This document shows positions 1-9,235 of a DNA stretch of 32,000 bases, piece by piece (the stretch's first letter is position 1; every line of letters starts with the position of its first letter). The DNA is from Burkholderia phage BcepGomr: sequence record EF523948.1; one strand, given 5' to 3'. The translations under genes and the position numbers were made by a program. Under the pieces are notes generated by a model, which saw only the letters and a program-made list of their open reading frames with translations, searched no databases and was not told the DNA's origin.

Positions 1-1
1 C

Positions 2-418
2 GACAAGACGAACTCGAAGCCGAAAGCCCTGTTCGCCTTTGCAACCGACCTGTCCATCGTCATCAACAACAACATCAGCCCGAACAAGGCGATCGGCGTT
101 CTGGGTGCGATGGACACGACGGCGGGCAACTTCGAAGTCGGCGGCTCGGTCACGGCATACTTTGCCGACGTGGCATCGGTCGCTGCGGTCAAGAACAACG
201 CCGATGTTACGCTCGATTTCAGCGTCGTGAAGAAGGGCAAAGGGATCGTGTTCGACATCCCGCTGCTCACGCTGGGGAATGGCCGACTGCAAGTCGTTCA
301 GAACCAAGCGATCATGATCCCGCTGGATACGACCGCCGCAAAGGGTCAGTTCGGCTACACGCTGGGCACGTTCTGGTTCGACAAGCTCCCGAGCATCGCC
401 AACAAGCCCGCTCCGTGA
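2..418 (+). CDS. Major tail tube protein, C-terminal part (5' truncated by window edge)
   Basis: Frame 2 is open from base 2 to the TGA at 418 (DKTNSKPKALFAFATDLSIVINNN...GYTLGTFWFDKLPSIANKPAP). It sits directly upstream of the tail chaperone and tape measure genes and is followed by a terminator, as expected for an abundantly expressed tail tube gene. Confidence 0.6.
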   Translation, partial: DKTNSKPKALFAFATDLSIVINNNISPNKAIGVLGAMDTTAGNFEVGGSVTAYFADVASVAAVKNNADVTLDFSVVKKGKGIVFDIPLLTLGNGRLQVVQNQAIMIPLDTTAAKGQFGYTLGTFWFDKLPSIANKPAP

Positions 419-448
419 TCCCTGTAGCCCCATGTGGCTATAATCGAG

Positions 449-471
449 AGGCCCGCTAGTCGGGCCTTTTT
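449..471 (+). terminator. Rho-independent terminator after the tail tube gene
   Basis: AGGCCCG (449-455), loop CTAGT, CGGGCCT (461-467), followed by a T run to 471. Confidence 0.85.
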
Positions 472-494
472 CATACCTACTCCACGAGAACATT

Positions 495-932
495 ATGAAC
501 GCACTCTACAAGAAGTACGCGATGGACAAAGAGTCCGAGCAAAAAGGCATCTGGCTGAACTTTGGCCCGGTTGATGAAGCCGACCCGTCGAAGGGTCAGA
601 TTCGCATCCGAGTAGCTCGTGCTGGCGGCTCGAACGAGCGATACCACATCATGCGCGCCAAGTTGCTCGAACCGTTCGCAATGAGCCTCAAGGTCGGTCA
701 GCAATTGAACGAGGATGACAGCAAGACGGTTATGACCACCCTCTATGCGCGCACCATCGTGACCGAGTGGGAAAACGTCAGCGACCGCCAAGGCAATCCG
801 CTGGAGTTCAACGAAGAAAACGTTAAGATGCTCTTGAACGATCTTCCGGAACTCTACTCCGAAATCTATCGATTCGTGAACAACGAAAAGCACTACCTCG
901 AAGTTCTGCGCGAGGTCGCCGCAAAAAACTGA
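495..932 (+). CDS. Tail assembly chaperone (lambda gpG position)
   Basis: 145-aa ORF between tail tube and tape measure. It ends in a slippery heptamer leading into the next ORF in the -1 frame. Confidence 0.7.
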   Translation: MNALYKKYAMDKESEQKGIWLNFGPVDEADPSKGQIRIRVARAGGSNERYHIMRAKLLEPFAMSLKVGQQLNEDDSKTVMTTLYARTIVTEWENVSDRQGNPLEFNEENVKMLLNDLPELYSEIYRFVNNEKHYLEVLREVAAKN

Positions 933-1267
933 TCGCGGTTCACGAGTATATGGAGAAGCAGGGGCCGCACGAGAAAACGATCATTGAGCAGGCATTGATG
1001 CGAGGTATGCCAGTGCCTGACATGATCCGGAACGCCCCTGAACTCCTTCCGGGCCTCGATCTGTATTTTGTAGCTTTTCTTGAGCTATCCACATGTCGTC
1101 CTGCTACAATGGCAGGAGTAGGCCCGATCCCGTGGACCGCCATCGATCAATACGCGGTTGCAGGTGGCTTTACCGGCGATCAGCGCGGCACTTTGTTCTA
1201 TTGCGTCCGAGCCATGGAACGTGCGCAGTTCGAACGTCAACAGACTCCTAAGATTATCACGCCATGA
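495..1267 (+). CDS. Predicted tail assembly chaperone -1 frameshift fusion (gpG-T-like)
   Basis: 0-frame codons GCA AAA AAC TGA at 921-932 contain A_AAA_AAC (923-929). The -1 frame (codons 929-931 CTG, then ATC GCG GTT CAC GAG TAT ATG) is open into the 950-1267 ORF. Confidence 0.75.
923..929 (+). promoter_or_regulatory. Programmed -1 ribosomal frameshift slippery site A_AAA_AAC
   Basis: Exact X_XXY_YYZ-type heptamer in the correct phase, immediately 5' of the 0-frame stop. Confidence 0.8.
950..1267 (+). CDS. Downstream part of tail assembly chaperone (T-like ORF)
   Basis: 105-aa ORF in the -1 frame relative to the preceding ORF. Its stop overlaps the next start (ATGA). Confidence 0.6.
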   Translation: MEKQGPHEKTIIEQALMRGMPVPDMIRNAPELLPGLDLYFVAFLELSTCRPATMAGVGPIPWTAIDQYAVAGGFTGDQRGTLFYCVRAMERAQFERQQTPKIITP

Positions 1268-1668
1268 GCTATACCGATCGCTTCAACGTCATTGCGAAGG
1301 GAATCGAAGACAACGTCGACAATCTCGTCAAGAATGTCGCTTTGGCGATCGGTTCCAATGTCATCGCGGATACCCCGATTCTGACTGGGCAGGCTAGACG
1401 GAACTGGCAGACGGAATTGAACCAGATGCCCGAATCGGTGCTTGATATACCCGAATCCCCGTCCGAGGGGATGGACGAAGCGTTGCAGGTTTTGCAGCAA
1501 ACGGTAGGCCAGTATAAGGCAGGGGATACTGTCCATATCACGAACAATGCGCCATATATCAAGGAGTTGAACTCCGGATCGTCGCAGCAAGCCCCGGCAA
1601 ATTTCGTAGAAACTTCGATCATGCGTGCAACGCGCCTGATCCGCAACGTTAAGGTGGTGCCGCAATGA
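1264..1668 (+). CDS. HK97 gp10-like / minor tail or tail completion protein
   Basis: 134 aa with typical ...VIADTPILTGQARRNWQ... and ...ITNNAPYIKELNSGSSQQAPANFVETSI... pattern; ATGA overlap with the preceding gene. Confidence 0.6.
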   Translation: MSYTDRFNVIAKGIEDNVDNLVKNVALAIGSNVIADTPILTGQARRNWQTELNQMPESVLDIPESPSEGMDEALQVLQQTVGQYKAGDTVHITNNAPYIKELNSGSSQQAPANFVETSIMRATRLIRNVKVVPQ

Positions 1669-4643
1669 GCAATGAGAACATTGACATCCGAGTCCGCGAG
1701 GATGGGAGCCGTGAGGCGACCGCGCGCATTCGCGGATTGGGGCAAGCGGCCGATGCTGCCGCAGCCAGCACGGCGGGCCTGAATCAAGCCTCACAAGGCG
1801 CAGCGGGCGGGTTGAATGCGGCAGGCCAAGCGGCGAGCGGCGCAGCCCAATCCATCAACAATGTGGCTAGTGCAGCCGGGAACGCTTCGCAGCAATTGCA
1901 GGCGGCTGGCAACTCTGGCGGCGGCTTTGGTTCGGCCTTGCGCAACATCGCCATCGGCGGGGTGGTCGTCAATACGATCGCGGATGCGTTCGAAGGGCTT
2001 GGCACGCGTATCGGAAAGGTGGTTGAACAAGCATACGAGTTCACCAAGACCATTACCGAATGGCAAGCTGGCCTTGATCGGTTCAATATCGGCATTCAGC
2101 AAGTGTCGACGAGCACTGACGGGGCGGCTGCGAACATGGAGTTCGTGCGAAATACCGTCTCGCGCCTCGGCCTCGATCTGAACGCAACCGGTGACTCCTT
2201 CGTCAAGTTCGCTGCTGCGACCAAGGGCACCAACATGCAGGGCGCTGAGACGCAGAAGATTTTCACCGCGGTGGCTGAGGCTGCGACGGTGATGCACTTG
2301 AACTCGCAGCAAGTGTCGATGACGTTTATGGCCCTTGAGCAGATGGTTTCGAAAGGCACCGTCTCGATGGAAGAACTGCGCCGCCAGCTTGGCAACCATT
2401 TGCCGGGTGCGTTCGAGATCGCGGCTCGCTCGATGGACATGACAACTCAGCAGTTGAACGATCTGGTTTCGTCCGGGCGGCTGCTGACCGAGGACTTTCT
2501 ACCCAAGTTCGCTGAACAAATCCGCAAGGAGTTCGGTGGCTCGGTCGAAGATGCAAGCGCGTCGGCGCAGGCCAGCTTGAACCGGCTGGAGACGGCATGG
2601 CTCGACCTGAAACGCACCGTGGCTGACTCTGGGCTCGGCAAGGCGGCGCAAGGGCAGTTGAATATTCTGACCGATGGTATCAACGGCGTAATCGAAGCCA
2701 TGCAGAAGGCCAAGCGGGAAGGCGCTGGCTTCTGGGGCCAGTTTGGCGCTGGCATCGCGGGCGCGGCGGGCTTTCTGAATCCGACTCAGCTGTTGGGCTA
2801 TCGCGCCCAATCGCAGCAGGGCATGGAGCAGCAACTGAAAACCCTTCAAGAGCAATTGAAGGGCGTCAGCCCGAACGACTTCTACAAGAGCGGTCAACTC
2901 AAGTATGAAATCGGCCGCTTGCAAGACCAGTTAGCCAAGGCGGCGGCTGGCAATCCTCAGACTGACCCGGATGCCGCAAATCCGAGTGCCGCAATGCAAG
3001 ACATCATGCGGCAACGCGCTCAGGATGCGCGGGTGAAAGCCTATGTCGATGGCACTGGGAAAGGCATCGGTCATTTGACCAAGAAAGAGCGGTTCAAGAA
3101 AGAACTGGATGAAATCCAGAACCAGTTCGATGTCGCGACCAAGGGGCTCGACAAGTCCTCGGACGAGTATGTTCGCGCTCTGAACACCTTTACGGATCGA
3201 AAGAACGAAGCAATCGAGAACTTCAACAAGAAGGGCAAGAAAGCGAGCGACCGTGCGTATCAGAACGAACTCTCGCGCGAGATCACTGAGTACCAGGGCT
3301 ACGCAGATCAGCGCAAGGTCATCATGGAAACGGACTTGAAAGAGTCCGAGGATCGGCGCAACCGCGGTCTGCTGAGCGAGCGACAGTTCATTCTCGAACA
3401 GCAGCGAATCCGGTCGGATGAATTGACCGACCTTCAAGCCGTGGCGGAACTCCAAGCTGATGTGGCCAGCGGAAAGAAGCAAACGGCCGCGAAGCAGAAG
3501 TATCTGAACGAGGCCAACCGTCTCGCAGAAGAACAGGTGAAGCTGGCCGCTGATACACAAGCGAAACTCAGCGCCATCGACAAGCAAACGGCAGACTCCG
3601 CTCAAAAGGCATTGGTGGCTTTGGAAGAAGCTGGCAATACGCGAAATCGCCAGTTCCGCGATCAGATGGATCAGCTTACCCAAGGTTCGGGTACGAAAGA
3701 CCTGAATGCGCGGCTCAAAGCAGTTCAGGATTCGGCTGATCGCTCGCGCACTCAGCTTCGCCAGAACGCAGAGCGCTCGGGGAGCACTGAAAGCGCCGCA
3801 TACATCGTCGGCCTGCAAAAGATCGCAGACGAAGAAGCGAAGCAAATGGATCAAGAGCGCGCGAACTTCGAAGAACGCCAGAAATGGAACTCCGATTGGC
3901 ACGGCGGCGCCCTCCAAGCTCTGAATGACTACCTTGACGCCAGCAAGAATGTGGCGGATCAGACCAAGCAAATGTGGTCGGGTGCATTCAAGGGGATGGA
4001 GGACGCGTTGACGACGTTCGTAACGACCGGCAAGCTGGACTTCACGAATCTTGTTCAGTCGATCATGGTCGATCTGGCTCGGATGGAAGTCAAGATTTTG
4101 ATGTCTCAGGCACTTCAAGGTTTGTTCAGCTTCTTGACTCCGACCAGTTTTTCCGGGGCGTTCAATCTGGGGTCGAATTTCACCCCTAGCACAGTTGGCG
4201 GTGCTCCGCTTATGGGGTTGAGTGGTTCCATGCAGCCTTTCGATGAAGGCGGATACACTGGTTCGGGAAGCAAGTACCAAGTCAAGGGTTATGTGCATGC
4301 TGAGGAATTCGTGGTCGATTCCGAGGCAACGCGAGGTAACCGGGCGGCGCTTGAGCAATTGAACAAGACTGGTAAGCTCCCGGCTACCCCGGTTCCGTTC
4401 CCGGTAGCGACTGGCGGCGGTGGGGTGAACATGAGCGTTCAGATCAACAATAATGTCGGAGACAAGGCATCCGTCAGCGTCCAGCAAGGCCAAGACGACA
4501 ACGGGAACCCGAATCTGATGGTGATGGTGGACGCCATCGAAAGCGAACTGGCAGGTCGTGTCAGTAGCGGACGCGGCCCGTTGCTTCAAGCATTCACGCG
4601 CAAGACTGGAACCTCGGCCAAGCCGGGTATGCAACAAGGATAA
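1665..4643 (+). CDS. Tail tape measure protein
   Basis: 992 aa, the second-longest gene in the window. Ala/Gln/Lys-rich coiled-coil composition; C-terminal region ...WSGAFKGMEDALTTFVTTGKLDFTNLVQSIMVDLARMEVK... resembles lambda-type tape measure C-termini. Confidence 0.93.
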   Translation: MSNENIDIRVREDGSREATARIRGLGQAADAAAASTAGLNQASQGAAGGLNAAGQAASGAAQSINNVASAAGNASQQLQAAGNSGGGFGSALRNIAIGGVVVNTIADAFEGLGTRIGKVVEQAYEFTKTITEWQAGLDRFNIGIQQVSTSTDGAAANMEFVRNTVSRLGLDLNATGDSFVKFAAATKGTNMQGAETQKIFTAVAEAATVMHLNSQQVSMTFMALEQMVSKGTVSMEELRRQLGNHLPGAFEIAARSMDMTTQQLNDLVSSGRLLTEDFLPKFAEQIRKEFGGSVEDASASAQASLNRLETAWLDLKRTVADSGLGKAAQGQLNILTDGINGVIEAMQKAKREGAGFWGQFGAGIAGAAGFLNPTQLLGYRAQSQQGMEQQLKTLQEQLKGVSPNDFYKSGQLKYEIGRLQDQLAKAAAGNPQTDPDAANPSAAMQDIMRQRAQDARVKAYVDGTGKGIGHLTKKERFKKELDEIQNQFDVATKGLDKSSDEYVRALNTFTDRKNEAIENFNKKGKKASDRAYQNELSREITEYQGYADQRKVIMETDLKESEDRRNRGLLSERQFILEQQRIRSDELTDLQAVAELQADVASGKKQTAAKQKYLNEANRLAEEQVKLAADTQAKLSAIDKQTADSAQKALVALEEAGNTRNRQFRDQMDQLTQGSGTKDLNARLKAVQDSADRSRTQLRQNAERSGSTESAAYIVGLQKIADEEAKQMDQERANFEERQKWNSDWHGGALQALNDYLDASKNVADQTKQMWSGAFKGMEDALTTFVTTGKLDFTNLVQSIMVDLARMEVKILMSQALQGLFSFLTPTSFSGAFNLGSNFTPSTVGGAPLMGLSGSMQPFDEGGYTGSGSKYQVKGYVHAEEFVVDSEATRGNRAALEQLNKTGKLPATPVPFPVATGGGGVNMSVQINNNVGDKASVSVQQGQDDNGNPNLMVMVDAIESELAGRVSSGRGPLLQAFTRKTGTSAKPGMQQG

Positions 4644-4646
4644 ACC

Positions 4647-5765
4647 ATGGCGACTCCGGTATTTCCGCTCGATCGACTCCCGTACCCGGTGCGGGATAAC
4701 TTTGCTCAGAGCTACGCGACGCCGTTCAAGAAAGTCCAGATGGATGACGGACATTCCCGGACGCGCCGCCAGTGGGCGAGCCAATCCCTGTCCAATTCAC
4801 TCATGTGGCGACTGGACTGGAAAACGCTCGGCATCTTCGAAGGCTTTCTGAAGTATGAGTGCGGTAACGGCCCCATTGAATTCATGCTCGCGTTTGCTCC
4901 GGGGCAAGACCCGGTAAAGGTGCGACTGACCACATATCCTACGATCAGCTTTGACGGCGGCCAATGGGTTGCATCCGCTCAATTCGAGCGCGTGATTGCT
5001 GCGCCTAGCGGCTCGCTGGCCGGGGGCTTGCCTAGCTGGCCCCTCGCCCTGCCGCTCCCGGAGAAGGCGGGGTATACGATCGATCAACCCAATGCAATCA
5101 CGCGCGGCCAGATCACAGGCGGCTATCCGCAAGAGCGCGCGCGGCAATGGGAACAGATCGGTGCAGTTTCGATGAAATGGTTCTTGACTGCCGATCAATA
5201 CGTGATTGCGCAAGACTTTGTGCACAATGCGCTGCTTGGCGGGCTGGCTCCATTCAAGGGCTGGTTTGCGAATGGAAAAGGCACGCAAGCAGTTCGAATG
5301 ACTTTTACGGAAGCTCCGACCTTCACGAAAGAAGGTGCGTGCTTCTGGATGCAAGGCAGGGTGGAGATTCGAGACCTTCCGCAGCTTTCGGAACTCGAGT
5401 ATACGGGCAAGAATCAGATTACGATCAACGAGAATATCACGCTGGTCGAAAACTTCTCATTCAACATCGCCCCGGCTGCGTTCACTGATTCCCTTAGCCT
5501 TGGGGAACAGCTGGCCATGTCGATTTCGATCACTGTAGCTGATACAATGCTGCTGAGTGAGGCTATCGACTTGTTGCTAAACGAAAACCTCGGTATTGCT
5601 GAGGGGATTTCGATTGCTGAACAGCTGGCCATCGATTACGCCAATGCGGCAGGTAGCATCGCAGACTCGACTTCGATGTCGGAAAGCGGAAGTTACCAGA
5701 TCGATGATTATGCGGATGACTATGCGGAGTTCGATTACGTCGGTACCGACATTGCTATTTTCTAA
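4647..5765 (+). CDS. Minor tail protein with degenerate repeats at the C-terminus
   Basis: 372-aa ORF directly after the tape measure (MATPVFPLDRLPYPVRDNFAQSYATPFKKVQMDDG...); conserved position in the tail module. Confidence 0.65.
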   Translation: MATPVFPLDRLPYPVRDNFAQSYATPFKKVQMDDGHSRTRRQWASQSLSNSLMWRLDWKTLGIFEGFLKYECGNGPIEFMLAFAPGQDPVKVRLTTYPTISFDGGQWVASAQFERVIAAPSGSLAGGLPSWPLALPLPEKAGYTIDQPNAITRGQITGGYPQERARQWEQIGAVSMKWFLTADQYVIAQDFVHNALLGGLAPFKGWFANGKGTQAVRMTFTEAPTFTKEGACFWMQGRVEIRDLPQLSELEYTGKNQITINENITLVENFSFNIAPAAFTDSLSLGEQLAMSISITVADTMLLSEAIDLLLNENLGIAEGISIAEQLAIDYANAAGSIADSTSMSESGSYQIDDYADDYAEFDYVGTDIAIF

Positions 5766-5773
5766 GGTGAAAC

Positions 5774-6205
5774 ATGAACGATCAAATGAAACTCAAAGGC
5801 TCCGTCGTGATCGAGAAGAACGGCGAAGTCGTGCTGCGCAAGGATAACCTTGTGGTCAGCGTAGGCAAAGACCAGGTCGCTGGATTGATCTTCGGCAACC
5901 GCGCGGGCGTGTGCTCGCAAATGGCGGTTGGCACGAATAACACGACTCCGGTGGTCGGCCAGACCGCGCTCGTCGCCGCAGTTGCCGGTTCTCAAGGCGG
6001 GTTCGATTCCGGGTTCCCTACGGCTCCGTCCGCTGGCATGGTCAGCGTCAAACGCACTTTCGGCCCCGGCGTCGGCACCGGCAACTTGCAAGAAGCGGGC
6101 TTGTTCTTCGGTTCGACGCCGATGCTCTCGCGGGTGATTTTCACGTCCATCCCCAAGGGCGCGGGCGATACGGTCGCGATCACCTGGAACATCACGGTGC
6201 AATAA
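5774..6205 (+). CDS. Hypothetical tail-associated protein
   Basis: 143-aa intact ORF in a tightly packed tail operon. Confidence 0.6.
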   Translation: MNDQMKLKGSVVIEKNGEVVLRKDNLVVSVGKDQVAGLIFGNRAGVCSQMAVGTNNTTPVVGQTALVAAVAGSQGGFDSGFPTAPSAGMVSVKRTFGPGVGTGNLQEAGLFFGSTPMLSRVIFTSIPKGAGDTVAITWNITVQ

Positions 6206-6208
6206 ACT

Positions 6209-8218
6209 ATGGCGACGATTACCTACCGGGGTGCCGGGGCTTGGGGCGCTGGCAAAGGCTCCAAGCTCACCAACGCGGAAGTTGACAATAACTTCTATTC
6301 CCTCAATCAGACCAAAGTCGGGAACGATTCCGTTCAGCGGCTTACCAATGGCTTTAAGTTCAGCGGTGGCATTCTGAATGATTCTGGAACCACTGGCGTA
6401 TCCATTGGGCTCGATAATTCGAACTCGACTGCCAAGATCGATACTATTTCGGCAGGGGCAACGGATTCGAAGCATTGGCGCACGCGCTATGACGGGACTA
6501 CCGTTACGTTCCAGTATATCAACGACGCATGGAATGCCTCGGCAGACTGGCTTTCTAATACCCGATCGGGTATGACTTGCACTGCTATCTGGATGGGCGT
6601 TCGTCCTACTTGGCGCGTGAGCGGAACGGATCGCACGCCTTGGGACAACGGGAACCTCGATGAGAGCCAGCTTGTCCGCATGGATCGCGGCAACACGCTG
6701 CGCTCTGCCGGGGCTATGGCTGTCACTGGCGGCTATGTGCAGAATGCGCCCGGAACCTATACGTCCATCGGCGTCGAAGGCGGGGTCGGTGGCGCGAACG
6801 CGGGCATCCTGATGTCGGCAGGCTCGCGCGCCGCCGACAACCGCTACTGGAACATGCAGATCAGCGGCAATGATCTTGTGTTCCGAACGGTCAACGATGC
6901 ATGGAGCGCTGAAAACGTTTGGATGCGCGTCACTCGATCCGGTCTGACTATCAGCCGCCTTGAGTACGGCCTCCGCCCGTATTTCGCTGGGAACCTTGCA
7001 TGGGATGCAGGCAACTTCAACCCGGGCGACTACCTGAACCGGAATGGTGGGCAGGTCAATGGTTGGGTTACAATCAATGCAGCCGGGGCGACCTCGCTAA
7101 TCAACATCGTTGCGGATGCGAATCAGGAAAAGCGGATTCAGTTCGGAAATAACAATTCCGGGCCGAATCGGTGGGCTGTCGCAGTATCAGGCGATAACAA
7201 CGCAGGCGACCTCTACATCAATCGGAGCGACGATGCTGGTAACTATGTCGAGTCTCCGATTGTTGTTCGTCGCTCAAATGGCCGGGTCGATATCGGCAAC
7301 GGCGGCCTTCAAGTCTGGGGCAACTGTGCGATGATGGGCGGCGCAGTCGATCGATATTTCACCATCGATACGAGCGCAAACCGATATCGCGCATTTACGA
7401 TCAACACATCGGGCAAACCTCGTTGGCAATGGGGCGTGAGCGGTGAAGTTGAAGGTGGGGGGAACAACGGCTCCAACTTCTACATCAGCCGCTGGGCTGA
7501 CGATGGCACAGGGCTCGATACGACTTTCACGATCAACCGCGCGTCCGGGCAAGCTGGATTCAACCGCAACCTTGTGGTCAGAGGTAACCCTGATGGTGCA
7601 GCAGCAGCAAACTTGACGCTCGATTCAGCCAAAGGCCAGTACAAGTCGATTAAGTTCAATGCAGCCGGTTTGCAGCGCTGGGAAATTGGCTGCGACGCTG
7701 CGAACGAAAGTGGGAACAACAATGGAACCGATTGGTTCCTTTCGCGATACAATGATGCCGGAGCGTTTATCGACGTTCCATTCCGCATTTATCGAGCGAG
7801 CGGTAACGTTCAGATTCGCGGTCGGACTGATGGGGTCGCGATCCCGACAGGATCTATTGGCGAAGTGTTGACGTTTAACAGCATCCCTACCGGAGTGCCG
7901 ATTGGCGGATCGAGCGGCACCGTAGTGCTCGGCGTGACTATCCCGGCCGGGGTTTGGCTTTGCACGCTTCGGTCGATTTTAAAGAATGGCGGCGGCGCTG
8001 TTAGTTTGATTAGTCATGCTTGGCAACCTCCGGGATATGTCGGACAAGATGGATACGGCGCAGCGACCCGCCCAAAGGATGGGAACTGGACGACTTTGAC
8101 CAACACCGTGGTGGTTCGCAGCAGCGCATCGATCCTTTCCCAAGTTTCCTGGTACCTTGCTGGGGATGCTGGGTCTGCCGATGGAACGGTTGATGTGACG
8201 TGCGTGCGTATCGCGTAA
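6209..8218 (+). CDS. Tail fiber / receptor-binding type protein
   Basis: 669 aa. N-terminal TNAEVDNNFYSLNQTK motif common at phage fiber N-termini; internal repeats rich in G/N/W (INDAWNA..., NRASGQ...). Confidence 0.75.
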   Translation: MATITYRGAGAWGAGKGSKLTNAEVDNNFYSLNQTKVGNDSVQRLTNGFKFSGGILNDSGTTGVSIGLDNSNSTAKIDTISAGATDSKHWRTRYDGTTVTFQYINDAWNASADWLSNTRSGMTCTAIWMGVRPTWRVSGTDRTPWDNGNLDESQLVRMDRGNTLRSAGAMAVTGGYVQNAPGTYTSIGVEGGVGGANAGILMSAGSRAADNRYWNMQISGNDLVFRTVNDAWSAENVWMRVTRSGLTISRLEYGLRPYFAGNLAWDAGNFNPGDYLNRNGGQVNGWVTINAAGATSLINIVADANQEKRIQFGNNNSGPNRWAVAVSGDNNAGDLYINRSDDAGNYVESPIVVRRSNGRVDIGNGGLQVWGNCAMMGGAVDRYFTIDTSANRYRAFTINTSGKPRWQWGVSGEVEGGGNNGSNFYISRWADDGTGLDTTFTINRASGQAGFNRNLVVRGNPDGAAAANLTLDSAKGQYKSIKFNAAGLQRWEIGCDAANESGNNNGTDWFLSRYNDAGAFIDVPFRIYRASGNVQIRGRTDGVAIPTGSIGEVLTFNSIPTGVPIGGSSGTVVLGVTIPAGVWLCTLRSILKNGGGAVSLISHAWQPPGYVGQDGYGAATRPKDGNWTTLTNTVVVRSSASILSQVSWYLAGDAGSADGTVDVTCVRIA

Positions 8219-8229
8219 TGCTGTATCAT

Positions 8230-8250
8230 GGGGGCTTCGGCCCCCTTCTT
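8230..8250 (+). terminator. Rho-independent terminator (UUCG tetraloop)
   Basis: GGGGGC (8230-8235), TTCG, GCCCCC (8240-8245), followed by TTCTTATTT. Confidence 0.7.
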
Positions 8251-8264
8251 ATTTCTATCCACAT

Positions 8265-8798
8265 ATGTCCTACAAACAAGCGATCAAAGAGGCATACGCG
8301 AGCGCGGATATCACGGAGATTCCGCTCGACACTCTCGAACTGCGCCATTCCGCCTTCCGCGATGACGATGGCAATCCGACCGCCGTCCGAATCGTGCGCG
8401 CATTCGAGGATTGGAACCTGACTCTGGAAACGGATGCCCCGGTGAATGCCGGGCAGCAGGTGCGTTTCGTTGCCTGCCCATTCGAGTTCAATATCCCCAA
8501 GTTTGCACAAGGGGAAGTCCCGTCGATGGACTTGCAGATCGACAACGTCTCTCGCGAGATTACCAAGCATCTGGAAGAAGCCATTGACCAGACTGATCCC
8601 ATCGCGGTGACCTATCGCCCATATCTGGCGAGCGATACCAGTGGCCCGCAAATGTCGCCCCCGTTCCATTTCACACTGAGCAAGGTGATTGTGGATGTCT
8701 TCACGGCAAAGGGCACATGTACCATGAACGATGTCTATAACTGGCCGTTCCCGAATCGCCGGTATCTCCCGGCCGAGTTCAAGGGGCTCTGGCGATGA
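8265..8798 (+). CDS. DUF1833-like tail assembly protein
   Basis: 177 aa, located just upstream of the NlpC/P60-like gene and the J-like gene. Sequence style (LELRHSAF...PVNAGQQVRFVACPFEFNIP) matches this family as recalled. Confidence 0.6.
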   Translation: MSYKQAIKEAYASADITEIPLDTLELRHSAFRDDDGNPTAVRIVRAFEDWNLTLETDAPVNAGQQVRFVACPFEFNIPKFAQGEVPSMDLQIDNVSREITKHLEEAIDQTDPIAVTYRPYLASDTSGPQMSPPFHFTLSKVIVDVFTAKGTCTMNDVYNWPFPNRRYLPAEFKGLWR

Positions 8799-9235
8799 CT
8801 CAGACTGATCTTCTCCCACTGCTCGGACTTCCCTATGTCGAAGGCGGGGAGGGGCCGGAAGGCTACAATTGCTGGGGTTTCCTCCGACATGTATTGTTGA
8901 TATATTTCGGCAAAGAGTTGCCCCGCGCGCCCATTGGCGACGAGGCCGCATGTCGAAGCATCTACGAGGAAAAGGCCCGTATGGGCGAGTGGATGCAGAT
9001 CGAGCACCCGGGTCATGGCGATGTCTGCCTGCTCCGTGGCGGAAGCAGCCCCCATGTGGGTATCTGGCTCGACTTCGAAGGCGGCGGCGTCCTGCACTGC
9101 ATGGAACCGAGCGGGGTCATATGGACCCCCGACCGCAACCTCAGCCGCCTTGGCTATGCGCGTCGGACCTACTACCGGATCGCCGATGCACGCCACCCTC
9201 ATCAAGCTGGACAATCCGTTTCGCCCGCAGATTGA
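8795..9235 (+). CDS. NlpC/P60-like tail assembly peptidase (lambda gpK-like)
   Basis: Catalytic-type motifs YNCWGFLRHVL (Cys) and SSPHVGIWL (His); ATGA overlap with the upstream gene. Confidence 0.8.
   Translation: MTQTDLLPLLGLPYVEGGEGPEGYNCWGFLRHVLLIYFGKELPRAPIGDEAACRSIYEEKARMGEWMQIEHPGHGDVCLLRGGSSPHVGIWLDFEGGGVLHCMEPSGVIWTPDRNLSRLGYARRTYYRIADARHPHQAGQSVSPAD

Noticed and set aside
1082-1120. TACAAT -10-like box inside the second tail chaperone ORF
   Set aside because: The best -35 (TTGAGC) sits at a 19-nt spacing and lies within coding sequence; likely chance.
2931-4784. 617-aa - strand ORF antisense to the tape measure gene
   Set aside because: High-GC antisense shadow ORF with Arg/Leu/His-biased composition and no motif; the + strand tape measure ORF is clearly coding.
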